From: an uncultured Coxiellaceae bacterium
Lineage (GTDB): Bacteria > Pseudomonadota > Gammaproteobacteria > DSM-16500
Reading direction: 5' to 3'
NCBI GenBank assembly: GCA_964612855.1
Contig: CAZTDR010000055.1
Coordinates: forward strand, 1-18,486
DNA: 18,486 nucleotides
How positions within the stretch are numbered: position 1 is the first letter of the stretch; every line of letters starts with the position of its first letter. Position numbers and translations under genes: made by a program. A model generated the notes under the pieces. That model had not been told where the DNA came from. It did not search any database and was given only the letters and a program-made list of their open reading frames with translations. Shown here in pieces: positions 7,548 to 16,460 of this stretch.

Positions 7548-8204
7548 ATGAACAAAAAAATTTTAGCCCTGCTCAGCATATGCCTCTTGGCTTGCCCTCC
7601 TAGCTATGCAAAAGAGCCTAAAAATCTGGATGTTACAAAAGCGCATCTTATTAGCTATTACGATTCGGGTGAATATCAAAAAGATCAAGCGAAAGTGATT
7701 GATAAAGCAATGCAATACTTAAAAACCCGCTTAAACAATCCTGTTAAAAACAAGAAATTAGCGCTTATTTTAGATATTGATGAAACCTCACTATCTAATT
7801 ATGCTGATATGCACGCAATGTCTTTTGGTGGCAATTTGCGCCAAATTAGTGAAGCCGAAGATAAGAGCATGGATCCGGCCATCCACCCCACACTTGAGCT
7901 CTATCGTTATGCCAAAGCCAATCAAGTTGCCGTGTTTTTTATTACCGGCCGCACCGCTGTGTCCCGAGCTGCAACTGAAAAGAACTTACTGAAAGCGGGT
8001 TATCAAAATTGGGACGGCTTATGGTTTAAAGATGAAAATTATAAGGAAAAATCAGCAGCGCCTTATAAAATTCACGCCCGAAATTTGATCGCCAAACAAG
8101 GCTATGACATTGTACTGAATGTTGGTGATCAACAAAGTGATTTGATAGGCGGCTATGCAGACAAGACATTTAAGCTGCCAAATCCGTATTATTTAATTCC
8201 GTAA
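7548..8204 (+). CDS. Secreted or lipoprotein HAD-superfamily acid phosphatase, class B/C (AphA / e(P4) / OlpA-like)
   Basis: Signal peptide MNKKILALLSICLLAC (possible lipobox LLAC). HAD motif I LALILDIDETSLSNY (the DxDET signature of class B/C acid phosphatases). GRTA motif and a C-terminal NVGDQQSDLIGG (GDxxxD, motif IV). Confidence 0.75.
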   Translation: MNKKILALLSICLLACPPSYAKEPKNLDVTKAHLISYYDSGEYQKDQAKVIDKAMQYLKTRLNNPVKNKKLALILDIDETSLSNYADMHAMSFGGNLRQISEAEDKSMDPAIHPTLELYRYAKANQVAVFFITGRTAVSRAATEKNLLKAGYQNWDGLWFKDENYKEKSAAPYKIHARNLIAKQGYDIVLNVGDQQSDLIGGYADKTFKLPNPYYLIP

Positions 8205-8228
8205 AATCCCTCCTTCCTCATGTTTAGG

Positions 8229-8260
8229 TAGACGCAATGCGAATAATAACATTGCGTCTA
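8229..8260. terminator. Inverted repeat (11-bp stem tagacgcaatg / cattgcgtcta, 10-nt loop) between the convergent acid phosphatase and miaA genes. Overlaps the miaA stop codon. Putative bidirectional terminator without a U-tract.
   Basis: Perfect 11-bp stem read directly from the sequence. It sits at a convergent gene junction. Neither strand has a U-run after it, so this is a structure rather than a canonical intrinsic terminator. Confidence 0.4.
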
Positions 8261-9193
8261 AAATTCAATGACAGATTTTAAATAGCCACTGACTTGCAAA
8301 AACACATCCGTTGCTTCGCTATCAAACCACTGCACATTCGGCCAACTACGCAGCCAAGTTAATTGTCTTTTTGCTAACTGGCGTGTTGCAATAATGCCGC
8401 GTGCTAGCATTTCCTCATATGTGATATTCCCTACCAGATAATCCCAGACTTGCCGATAACCGACTGAGCGCATCGCTGGTGTATCTAACGTTAAATCACC
8501 GCGAGCTTGTAAATTTTTGACTTCTTCAATTAAGCCTGTTTGCAGCATCATTTGAAAACGTGCTGCAATACGATCATGCAACACAGTACGATCGATAGGG
8601 GCGAGGGCTAGGTTATAAAATTGATAATGTGTCGGCGATGCACCGCTTTCTTGCTGCCAAGTTGTTAGATTTTTTCCAGTGAGTGCGTGGACTTCAAGCG
8701 CCCGTTGAATGCGCTGAGTGTCGTGGGCGTGAATACGGGAAGCTGCGATCGGATCAATTTGCATTAAATAAGCATGCAACGCTTGCCAACCTTCTTGCTC
8801 CGCTTGTTCCGAAATTTTTTTTCGCGTCGCTAAATCGGCTGAGGGCAAATCCGATAATCCCTGCTGCAGCGCACGAAAATACAACATGGTACCACCCACT
8901 AATAAGGGAATGTGTCGCCGTTGTAAAATCGCATCAATTTCTCGTTCAGCATCCTGACGAAACTGGGCTGCAGAATAAGCATCATGAGGATCACGAATAT
9001 CAATTAAGGCATGCGGGGCTTGTTGTAAAATAGCGTTGTCTGGTTTCGCTGTGCCGATGTTCATATCGCGATAGACCATCGCTGAATCCACACTGACAAT
9101 TTCAAAAGGAAAATGCTGCACCAACTGAACCGCCAGATGCGTTTTACCCGATGCCGTAGGTCCCATCAAACAAATCACGGGCGACTGATTCAT
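8258..9193 (-). CDS. miaA: tRNA dimethylallyltransferase (i6A37 synthase)
   Basis: P-loop at the N-terminus (VICLMGPTASGKTHLAVQL). Full-length MiaA similarity (DSAMVYRDMNIGTAKP..., GGTMLYFRAL). Immediately downstream of mutL, as in enterobacteria. Confidence 0.92.
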   Translation of the reverse strand: MNQSPVICLMGPTASGKTHLAVQLVQHFPFEIVSVDSAMVYRDMNIGTAKPDNAILQQAPHALIDIRDPHDAYSAAQFRQDAEREIDAILQRRHIPLLVGGTMLYFRALQQGLSDLPSADLATRKKISEQAEQEGWQALHAYLMQIDPIAASRIHAHDTQRIQRALEVHALTGKNLTTWQQESGASPTHYQFYNLALAPIDRTVLHDRIAARFQMMLQTGLIEEVKNLQARGDLTLDTPAMRSVGYRQVWDYLVGNITYEEMLARGIIATRQLAKRQLTWLRSWPNVQWFDSEATDVFLQVSGYLKSVIEF

Positions 9194-9194
9194 G

Positions 9195-11006
9195 TTAACG
9201 TCCGCGCAAAAATAACTTGTCTAATTCCGCTAAAGAAAATTGCGTCCACGTCGGTCTACCGTGATTGCATTGACCACTGTGGTCTGTTGTTTCCATCGCG
9301 CGCAGTAACGCATTCATTTCTGGCACTGTTAATCTGCGTTGCGCGCGCACAGCGGCGTGACACGCCACCGTACCGAGCAATGCATTCACTGTTTCATGCA
9401 AGCGTGATGATTTTTGATGCGCCATTAAATCTGCCGCAATATCCTGCACCAAAGATTCTATTTGTCCATCACGCAAAAAGTCCGGCATTTCTCGCACCAC
9501 AATGGCATCTTGACTCACTCGATCTAACACCATGCCTAATTGGCAAAAAGCCTCTTGCTGTTCTTCAATAAAACCGGCTTCACGTTCACTTAATTTAATA
9601 GTCAGTGGAACCAGCAAGGGTTGTGAAATGACTTTATGCTGCTGCATTTGTTTTTTTAATTTTTCATACAACACCCGCTCATGCGCGGCATGCATATCAA
9701 CCAACACGAGCCCTTCAGCATTTTCAGCCAAAATAAAAATATTTTTTAACTGCGCCAAGGCAAATCCCAACGGAGGAATGGCGGGGGCATGCTGTTCTTC
9801 TTGTAATGACAAGGTTTCTTGCACAGAGGGTTCTGATGTTTTCTGTTTTACTTTTTCAAAAATAGCCATGTCATTTTCTGTGACTTCATGCAATTTGTTA
9901 TAAACTGCCATTTTTTCCTGAACTTTTTGCACAGCAGGCGGTGAGGGCGCCTGATAATGCGCTGGGATCGGCGCAATAGATAAAGAAGAAGTTGGCATGG
10001 ACTGAGGACGCACATTCGCCAACGCTTCATGCACACAATGGGAAATAAAACCATGGACCAACCGACTCTCGCGAAATCGTACTTCATGTTTCGTCGGATG
10101 CACATTGACATCGACTTGTTCGCTGGGAATTTTTAAAAACAAGACAAATGCAGGATGACGAGCGCCATACAAAACATCATGATACGCTTGACGCACTGCA
10201 TGATTTAATACTTTATCGCGTATCATGCGTCCATTGACATAAAAATATTGCAAATCAGCTTGAGCACGTGAAAAAATCGGCTTCGCAATCCAGCCAGACA
10301 ATTCTAATTCATTGGCCACCGTTTCAATGCGTAACGCATTTTCCATAAATGCAGCGCCGCATAAACTTTCCACACGTTGTTCACGCTCTTTTTCAGAATG
10401 GGCAGCGCGATATTGTCGAATAATTTTTTGATTATGTTTGAGAGTAAAACTAACAGGAAAACAACTTAAGGCCATGCGCTTAATTAATTCATCAATATGA
10501 TCAAATTCTGTTTTTTCGGCGCGTAAAAATTTTTTCCGTGCTGGTGTATTAAAAAACAAATCACACACTTCAACTGTCGTGCCACGTGGATGGGCAGTGG
10601 GCAAAAGCTGCGGGGCAACCTCCGTTGCTTGGGTAATGACTTGCCAAGCCGGTTGATCCGCAACCGCAGAAGATAAGGTTAAACGAGAAACAGAACCAAT
10701 ACTGGCAAGCGCCTCACCACGAAATCCTAAGGTATAAATAGTTTCAAGGTCATCCAACTGTTGAATTTTACTCGTTGCATGACGATCTAATGCCAACACT
10801 AAATCGTCAGCATGAATACCTGCCCCATTATCACGCACACGAATTAAAGCACTGCCGCCTTTTTCAATGTCTAAATCAATTTTAGTAGCACCCGCATCGA
10901 GACTATTTTCAACTAATTCTTTGACCACAGACGCGGGGCGCTCAATCACCTCACCTGCGGCAATTTGGTTTGCTAAAATCGTGTTAAGCTTTTGAATTCT
11001 TGTCAT
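9195..11006 (-). CDS. mutL: DNA mismatch repair protein MutL
   Basis: Canonical N-terminal GHKL ATPase motifs ([39 protein letters not shown]). 603 aa. Its start overlaps the amiB stop by 1 nt, and miaA follows 1 nt downstream. Confidence 0.95.
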   Translation of the reverse strand: MTRIQKLNTILANQIAAGEVIERPASVVKELVENSLDAGATKIDLDIEKGGSALIRVRDNGAGIHADDLVLALDRHATSKIQQLDDLETIYTLGFRGEALASIGSVSRLTLSSAVADQPAWQVITQATEVAPQLLPTAHPRGTTVEVCDLFFNTPARKKFLRAEKTEFDHIDELIKRMALSCFPVSFTLKHNQKIIRQYRAAHSEKEREQRVESLCGAAFMENALRIETVANELELSGWIAKPIFSRAQADLQYFYVNGRMIRDKVLNHAVRQAYHDVLYGARHPAFVLFLKIPSEQVDVNVHPTKHEVRFRESRLVHGFISHCVHEALANVRPQSMPTSSLSIAPIPAHYQAPSPPAVQKVQEKMAVYNKLHEVTENDMAIFEKVKQKTSEPSVQETLSLQEEQHAPAIPPLGFALAQLKNIFILAENAEGLVLVDMHAAHERVLYEKLKKQMQQHKVISQPLLVPLTIKLSEREAGFIEEQQEAFCQLGMVLDRVSQDAIVVREMPDFLRDGQIESLVQDIAADLMAHQKSSRLHETVNALLGTVACHAAVRAQRRLTVPEMNALLRAMETTDHSGQCNHGRPTWTQFSLAELDKLFLRGR

Positions 11007-12235
11007 TAACCACCCGTTATAGGATATTTTCTGAGATAGTTGCCAATACTGTTAAATAAAGCCAAGGCAATTTGCTCTTGATAATTATCATTACATAATT
11101 TTGCTTCTTCTCTAGCATTCGAAATAAAACCCATTTCCACTAAAATGGATGGAATATCCGGTGATTTTAAAACCATGAAAGGAGCTTGCTCTACGCGTGA
11201 ATAATGCAATCGCGTCACATTTTTTAAATTAGCTAGCATCATATTGCCTAAATGTAGACTATCCGTCGTCGTTGCTGTTTGCGCTAAATCAATTAAGACA
11301 GAACGCAACAAATAACTTTGGTCACTCAGTTCACTAAGATCCACACCACCCAACTCTGAATAATTATCACGTCGCGCTAACCAGTGCGCAGCCTCACTCG
11401 TTGCACCGTGTTGAGATAAAGCATAAACCGATGCGCCACTCGCACGATCGTTAAAATAAGAGTCGGCATGTAAGGCAATAAATAAATCGGCGTTTTTATT
11501 ACGCGCCAATTGTAAACGACCGCGTAACCCCACGTAATAATCGCCGCTGCGTGTCAAAACAGCGCGCATTGTCGGTTGCTGATTAATCAAATAAGCCAAC
11601 CGTTTTGCTATCGCTAATGTAATATTTTTTTCTTTTCCACCATTGGGGCCTACCGCACCAGGATCCTTGCCGCCATGTCCCGCATCAATTGCGATCACAA
11701 CGGGACGGAACAGCGATTTTTTTGCAGTTACAATCGGTCTAGAAGGCGCAAGCATGTCGCTATTTTTCTGAGTCGGTGTTTTTGCGAGGGAATGTAGCTG
11801 AATGATGACTGTTTTATCATTCGCGGAAGACAATAATTTAAATTGTTGAGGTGTTTTCAAATCCAAAACCATACGCGTCACATCAGGGCTTGGATAACCT
11901 AAGCGCATATTTTGAATGGCATTTGTCGAAAGCTTGACATTTTTTAACGTGGGAGCAAATCGAGTATTTTTTAAATCAACAACCAATCGATCAGGATGGG
12001 TTAATGCAAATAATTGAACACGCGCGGGTTGAGACAACGTTAAACTAATTTTCGTATCTTGTTTGATGCTATTAATTCGAATGCTATTTAATTTCGCGCT
12101 TTGGGCGAAACAAAATAATGGAAATAAACACAGTAGGGGCACGGCGTGCCGTGCCCAGCGGCGTTTACTCGAAGTCACCACGGGCACGGCACGCCGTGCC
12201 CCTACATTTTCTTGTTTTTTGAGTTCGTTATTCAT
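11006..12235 (-). CDS. amiB: N-acetylmuramoyl-L-alanine amidase (AmiB/AmiC-type: N-terminal AMIN domain plus C-terminal Amidase_3 domain). The 5' end contains a 73-bp palindromic repeat.
   Basis: Amidase_3 core ([21 protein letters not shown]...[10 protein letters not shown]...[11 protein letters not shown]). AMIN-like beta-rich region after the signal peptide. Sits in the tsaE-amiB-mutL-miaA order. Start uncertain: the ATG at 12233-12235 (MNNELKK, 2 nt after the tsaE stop), the ATG at 12259, or a GTG inside the palindrome. There is no in-frame ATG between the palindrome and the signal-peptide h-region ([14 protein letters not shown]). Confidence 0.85.
   Translation of the reverse strand: MNNELKKQENVGARRAVPVVTSSKRRWARHAVPLLCLFPLFCFAQSAKLNSIRINSIKQDTKISLTLSQPARVQLFALTHPDRLVVDLKNTRFAPTLKNVKLSTNAIQNMRLGYPSPDVTRMVLDLKTPQQFKLLSSANDKTVIIQLHSLAKTPTQKNSDMLAPSRPIVTAKKSLFRPVVIAIDAGHGGKDPGAVGPNGGKEKNITLAIAKRLAYLINQQPTMRAVLTRSGDYYVGLRGRLQLARNKNADLFIALHADSYFNDRASGASVYALSQHGATSEAAHWLARRDNYSELGGVDLSELSDQSYLLRSVLIDLAQTATTTDSLHLGNMMLANLKNVTRLHYSRVEQAPFMVLKSPDIPSILVEMGFISNAREEAKLCNDNYQEQIALALFNSIGNYLRKYPITGG
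12133..12205. repeat. Family A 73-bp perfect palindromic element, full copy 1 (arms gtaggggcacggcgtgccgtgccc / gggcacggcacgccgtgcccctac, 25-nt centre agcggcgtttactcgaagtcaccac), lying inside the amiB 5' coding region
   Basis: The 24-bp arms are exact reverse complements. The same element occurs with an inverted centre at 15123-15195 and truncated at 6980-7018. It is translated in-frame within the amiB ORF as [22 protein letters not shown]. Confidence 0.9.
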
Positions 12236-12701
12236 TATTTTCCAACCGATACAAAACATCGTGTCCCCTTTCCGATCCAGGAATTAATTTTAATTCCCTG
12301 CCTGACGAACACCGCTCAATGTGGCAAGATAAATCCGCTGTGGGCAGCATGCCAGCACCATAATCAGGCCATTCAATCAGGCAAATCGTTTTATCAGAAA
12401 AATAATCTTGAATACCCATATATTCCAATTCGTGTGGATCATGGAGACGATAAAAATCAAAATGATATACTGTCGTTTTTGGTAAGGAATACGATTCGAC
12501 TAATGTATATGTCGGACTTTTCACCAGACCTTGAAATCCGAGTCCGCGTAAAAAGCCGCGAGTAAATGTTGTTTTACCCGCGCCTAATTGGCCGTACAGA
12601 AAAATGATGAAAGCATCAGGACATTTGCCCGCCAATTTTGCTCCGAGTGCCAGCATCGCTGATTCGTTGGGGACTTTAAATTTGGCAAAAGATTCTTTCA
12701 T
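12228..12701 (-). CDS. tsaE: tRNA threonylcarbamoyladenosine (t6A) biosynthesis ATPase TsaE (YjeE)
   Basis: Walker A LYGQLGAGKTTFTRG and the YjeE-family size (157 aa). Positioned immediately upstream of amiB, as in E. coli. Confidence 0.9.
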   Translation of the reverse strand: MKESFAKFKVPNESAMLALGAKLAGKCPDAFIIFLYGQLGAGKTTFTRGFLRGLGFQGLVKSPTYTLVESYSLPKTTVYHFDFYRLHDPHELEYMGIQDYFSDKTICLIEWPDYGAGMLPTADLSCHIERCSSGRELKLIPGSERGHDVLYRLENNE

Positions 12702-12725
12702 TTTTCTTATTTAGCTCCACCTACA

Positions 12726-12744
12726 GGTGGGCATCGTGCCCACC
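12726..12744. terminator. GC-rich hairpin ggtgggca tcg tgcccacc (8-bp stem), 8 nt after the lipoprotein gene stop and upstream of tsaE
   Basis: Perfect inverted repeat read from the sequence. It has the same stem motif (GGTGGGC...GCCCACC) as the hairpin at 16461-16486. No U-tract follows. Confidence 0.35.
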
Positions 12745-12751
12745 ACTCGCC

Positions 12752-13297
12752 TTACATCGGCACAATCGCCGCATTGACCACCACACTTTTCATTTGCTGT
12801 CTCGTTGCATTCGGCACTGTATTAGGATTAGCTGAATAAACAATCGAGTATTGGCCATCACTCATATTAAATACCTTAAACACTTGGGAAACCGATCTAC
12901 CACTCATGCAATGATCTGCATTTGCTGTAAAAATAAGTTGATTCTTTTCCAATTTGACAATCTTGGAATGGGTATGCTTGCAGCCCGTGCTGGCGAGCGA
13001 ACCTACGACTTCATGCATAGATTGCAGCAAAGGCGTTCTAATATTACGACCATAATTGATATAAAAACTTTGATCCGCGGATAACCCTTTAGCGGCAACG
13101 GAACGGTAGGATTTCGCATAACCATTCGTATCTTGTTCTACGCTCACCAAATCCCATTTTTGTGCGGCTGGCAGCTGAAAATTAACTTTGTTTTGGGCCA
13201 TCGCTGTATTTGCGTTGGCAGAAGCGAGCCCAGTATTATTACTGCATCCTGTTAATAAGGCACAAGATGTCAAAAACACCATCACCATTTTTTTCAT
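12752..13297 (-). CDS. Lipoprotein of unknown function (181 aa)
   Basis: Lipoprotein signal MKKMVMVFLTSCALLTGC (lipobox LTGC). No recognised domain. Preceded by GGAG and AAGG RBS elements. Inserted between nnrD and tsaE, which are adjacent in E. coli. Confidence 0.7.
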   Translation of the reverse strand: MKKMVMVFLTSCALLTGCSNNTGLASANANTAMAQNKVNFQLPAAQKWDLVSVEQDTNGYAKSYRSVAAKGLSADQSFYINYGRNIRTPLLQSMHEVVGSLASTGCKHTHSKIVKLEKNQLIFTANADHCMSGRSVSQVFKVFNMSDGQYSIVYSANPNTVPNATRQQMKSVVVNAAIVPM

Positions 13298-13311
13298 TAC
13301 CTTAACTCCAT

Positions 13312-14133
13312 TTAGTTAACAATATCGCGTAAATAAGATATTAAATCCGAGGCAATCATACCACGCTCACCTCCTGCTTTTGCAGCTAAATCTCCTGCCA
13401 AGGCATGAATCAATACACCTAATTTTGCGGTAACATCGAGTGGAAACTGTTCCGCCGCCAATCCCCCCAGCACACCACTCAACACATCGCCCATGCCGGC
13501 CGTTGCCATACCAGGGTTTCCTGCTTGGCAAATAGCGACAGGCTGATCGGGGCCTTTAATTAAGGTACCGGCTCCTTTTAAAATCACCCAACCACCATAC
13601 TGCTGCTGCAACAGTTGCACAGCAGCCACTCGATCTTGTTGAATAACTTGGGTTGATTGCTTCAACATTCGCCCCGCTTCCCCAGGATGCGGCGTGAGTA
13701 TCCAGTTCATGTTCGAAATAGGCTGCATTGCCAATAAGTTTAAACCATCCGCATCGATGATTATCGGTTTGTCGACCGTCGATGTTTTAGCAAATACCAT
13801 TTGGCTCCACGTCGTTTGCCCCAAACCTGGGCCCAATACAATCGTGGTTGCTTTTGTTAACAGCGTTTCTAATTGCGCTTCTGACTCGACACCGTGACAC
13901 ATGACTTCCGGACGAAACAGCGTGAGCCATTTTGCATGTTCGGGCCGCGTCGCAATACTTACCAGCCCAGCCCCTACCCGTAAGGCGGCCTCCGCTGCTA
14001 ACATTACCGCACCGGAATAACCTAAATCACCCCCGACGATAACCACATGGCCAAAGTCACCTTTATGCGCTTCCCGAGCGCGCGGCTTTAAATAAAACTC
14101 AAATTGTTTTAATTGCAGTTCTTGCATACTCAT
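13312..14133 (-). CDS. nnrD: ADP-dependent NAD(P)H-hydrate dehydratase (YjeF C-terminal domain only, standalone)
   Basis: YjeF_C / carbohydrate-kinase-like signature (HKGDFGHVVIVGGDLGYSGAVMLAAEAALRVGAGLV...NPGMATAGMGDVLSG). 273 aa with no N-terminal epimerase domain. 1-nt gap after the alx/TerC stop. Confidence 0.82.
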   Translation of the reverse strand: MSMQELQLKQFEFYLKPRAREAHKGDFGHVVIVGGDLGYSGAVMLAAEAALRVGAGLVSIATRPEHAKWLTLFRPEVMCHGVESEAQLETLLTKATTIVLGPGLGQTTWSQMVFAKTSTVDKPIIIDADGLNLLAMQPISNMNWILTPHPGEAGRMLKQSTQVIQQDRVAAVQLLQQQYGGWVILKGAGTLIKGPDQPVAICQAGNPGMATAGMGDVLSGVLGGLAAEQFPLDVTAKLGVLIHALAGDLAAKAGGERGMIASDLISYLRDIVN

Positions 14134-14134
14134 C

Positions 14135-15076
14135 CTATTTTTGTTTGAGCCAGCTTAATAAAATACTCATAAGCAAAATTGTGACAACGCTGCTTAATGT
14201 TAATAAAATAGGTATCGCGACCCAATATTCCAGCAATATCTTGCCACCTATCACGATCAACACTAAAGCGATCCCATATTTCAACAGGGAAAAAGTTCGC
14301 GCGAGACTGGCTAACATAAAATAAATGGAACGTAAGCCTAAGACAGCGAAAATATTCGATGTGAAAATAATAAAAGGATCACGCGTCACAGAAAAAATAG
14401 CGGGGATACTATCCAGTGCAAAAATTAAATCGCTCATTTCGACAAAAATTAACACCATGAACAACGGGGTGGCGTACCATTTCGCCTGTTGCCGCACAAA
14501 AAAGCGCTCTTTGTGAAACTGCTTCGTTAAACGTAAATGATTTCTCAACCAAATTAGCAAGTTATTTTGCGCAAGATCTTTTTCTTTCTCACTCAAAAAA
14601 AACATTTTGATGCCGCTATAAATAAGAAAAATCCCGAATAAATAAAGTACCCAGTGAAATTGATTGATGACAAAGACACCAGCAAATATCATGATAAAAC
14701 GCATGACCATGGCGCCTAAGACGCCATACAACAAAACACGCCGCTGATATTCTGGAGGGACCGCAAAAAAATTAAAAATCATCACGATGACAAACATGTT
14801 ATCGAATGAGAGTGTTTCCTCAATCAGATAACCTGTAAAAAATTCTAAGGATTTTTGGGCAGCAATAACGGGCCCTTGTGTTTGCTTAAGGGATATCCAC
14901 AACACCAAATTAAAAAGAAAGGCACAACAGATCCAGACCAGAGTCCAGCTAAATGCTTCACGTAAGGTAACAGGGTGCGCTTTCCGCCGACCCAACATAA
15001 TTAAGTCGATTACGAGCACGCAAAATACCAACGTAAAAAAAATGGCCCACAACCACCCAGTTGCGATGGAATGCAT
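14135..15076 (-). CDS. TerC-family integral membrane protein (Alx/YoaE-like)
   Basis: Collinear similarity to E. coli Alx along the whole length (LWxxFxVxVxIMLxIDLxxxGRRxAH, FxTGYLIExSLxxDNxFV, RRVLxYGVLGAxVxRxIMIFxG, FFVRxxxxxYATPLxxVLIxVExSDxIFAxDSIPAIFxVTxDPFI). Consensus SD AGGAGG 8 nt upstream of the ATG at 15074-15076. Confidence 0.88.
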   Translation of the reverse strand: MHSIATGWLWAIFFTLVFCVLVIDLIMLGRRKAHPVTLREAFSWTLVWICCAFLFNLVLWISLKQTQGPVIAAQKSLEFFTGYLIEETLSFDNMFVIVMIFNFFAVPPEYQRRVLLYGVLGAMVMRFIMIFAGVFVINQFHWVLYLFGIFLIYSGIKMFFLSEKEKDLAQNNLLIWLRNHLRLTKQFHKERFFVRQQAKWYATPLFMVLIFVEMSDLIFALDSIPAIFSVTRDPFIIFTSNIFAVLGLRSIYFMLASLARTFSLLKYGIALVLIVIGGKILLEYWVAIPILLTLSSVVTILLMSILLSWLKQK

Positions 15077-15122
15077 TGTTTAAGCCTCCTTTTGTTTTAC
15101 GATCCATTTCTGACATCAAATT

Positions 15123-15195
15123 GTAGGGGCACGGCGTGCCGTGCCCGTGGTGACTTCGAGTAAACGCCGCTGGACACGGCACGCCGTGCCCCTAC
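15123..15195. repeat. Family A 73-bp palindromic element, full copy 2 (centre inverted relative to copy 1, one arm mismatch), in the orn-alx intergenic leader
   Basis: Arms gtaggggcacggcgtgccgtgccc / ggacacggcacgccgtgcccctac. The centre gtggtgacttcgagtaaacgccgct is the exact reverse complement of the copy 1 centre. 23 nt after the orn stop and 46 nt before the alx ATG. Confidence 0.9.
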
Positions 15196-15218
15196 AGGTT
15201 GATACCAGAAAAAAATGA

Positions 15219-15779
15219 TTACCCCCCCAAAACAGCTGGATTCAATAATTCTGCGCGATAATATTTTAATTCTTCGATCGATTCGCGGATATCATCCAAA
15301 GCTAAATGTTTCGATTCCTTTTGAAGTCCCGCAGAAACTTGCGGCGCCCAACGTGACGCTAATTCTTTTAAGGTGCTCACATCCAATAAACGATAATGAA
15401 AATATTTTTCCAGTTGTGGCATATAACGATTTAAAAATCGACGATCTTGATGCACGCTATTACCGCACATCGGCGATTTACCTTCCGGCACGTGTTTTCG
15501 CAAAAATTCTAACGTAGCCGCTTCAGCGAACGCTTCCGTCACGCGGCTCTCACGCACACGAGTGACTAACCCGGACCCATTATGTTGTCGTGTATTCCAA
15601 TTATCCATGCCCGCTAATAATTCATCGGATTGATGCACAGCAAAAACCGGTCCTTCTTCAATGACATTCAAATCGGAATCCGTCACAATAGTGGCGATTT
15701 CAATGATGCGCTCTTTTTCCGGATCAAGCCCCGTCATCTCCATATCGATCCAAATTAAATTCGCCGCATTTGCTGTCAT
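15219..15779 (-). CDS. orn: Oligoribonuclease (DEDDh 3'-5' exonuclease)
   Basis: [26 protein letters not shown] is the exo I motif. About 185 aa. Full-length Orn similarity. Confidence 0.92.
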   Translation of the reverse strand: MTANAANLIWIDMEMTGLDPEKERIIEIATIVTDSDLNVIEEGPVFAVHQSDELLAGMDNWNTRQHNGSGLVTRVRESRVTEAFAEAATLEFLRKHVPEGKSPMCGNSVHQDRRFLNRYMPQLEKYFHYRLLDVSTLKELASRWAPQVSAGLQKESKHLALDDIRESIEELKYYRAELLNPAVLGG

Positions 15780-15864
15780 AATCGATCCTTTTTGAAATAA
15801 AGTATTTTAACAGGCACTTACTCGTATTAAAATCGGAAAAATTTCGGGGGTCTTAAAAAATCAC

Positions 15865-16455
15865 ATGCTGTATGAAACCATCATTGCTATTTTGATTGCT
15901 TATTTATTTGGCTCCATTTCTACCGCCATTATCACCTGCAAGATAATGAAACTACCTGATCCCCGCAATGAAGGCTCAGGCAACCCAGGGGCGACCAATG
16001 TTTTGCGTTTAGGTGGGAAAAAAGCCGCGATAATCACCTTGGTGGGAGATATGCTAAAAGGCGTCCTTCCTGTATTGGCCGCTAAATGGTATGGATTAGA
16101 TACGATCGGATTAAGCTTGGTCGCATTTGCGGCTTTTTTGGGTCATTTGTATCCCATTTTTTTCCGCTTTCAAGGCGGGAAAGGGGTCGCAACTGCATTT
16201 GGGTGTTTAGTCGCTTTGTCCTGGCCGGTGGGCTTGTCATTGGCTATGTCTTGGTTGATTGTTGCCGCTCTATTTCGCTATTCATCGTTAGCGGCTTTAC
16301 TCACCGCACTGCTGGCGCCTTTTTATACTTGGTATTTTACTAATCTTATTTATACGCTCACTGCGTGTATAATTGGGTTGTTATTGATTTATCGCCATCG
16401 GAAAAATATTCGGAATTTATTGGCGGGGAAAGAAAGCAAGATTGGCAAGAAATGA
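15865..16455 (+). CDS. plsY: Glycerol-3-phosphate acyltransferase PlsY
   Basis: GSGNPGATNVLR motif and FKGGKGVAT-like FQGGKGVATAFG. Collinear with E. coli PlsY. Multi-TM. Confidence 0.92.
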   Translation: MLYETIIAILIAYLFGSISTAIITCKIMKLPDPRNEGSGNPGATNVLRLGGKKAAIITLVGDMLKGVLPVLAAKWYGLDTIGLSLVAFAAFLGHLYPIFFRFQGGKGVATAFGCLVALSWPVGLSLAMSWLIVAALFRYSSLAALLTALLAPFYTWYFTNLIYTLTACIIGLLLIYRHRKNIRNLLAGKESKIGKK

Positions 16456-16460
16456 ACCTT

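Noticed and set aside
9532-9903. Cys-rich 123-aa plus-strand ORF, plus the ORFs at 8683-9033, 9113-9571 and 9848-10111
   Set aside because: All lie antisense within or overlapping miaA and mutL, which have unmistakable conserved motifs. These are shadow ORFs of the real genes.
12146-12565. ORF-track CDS of 139 aa on the plus strand ([20 protein letters not shown]...), and its near-identical N-terminal twin at 14958-15182 on the minus strand
   Set aside because: Both begin inside copies of the 73-bp Family A palindrome, which supplies the shared first 20 residues. They run antisense through tsaE or the alx start region. They are repeat-seeded artefacts rather than paralogous genes.
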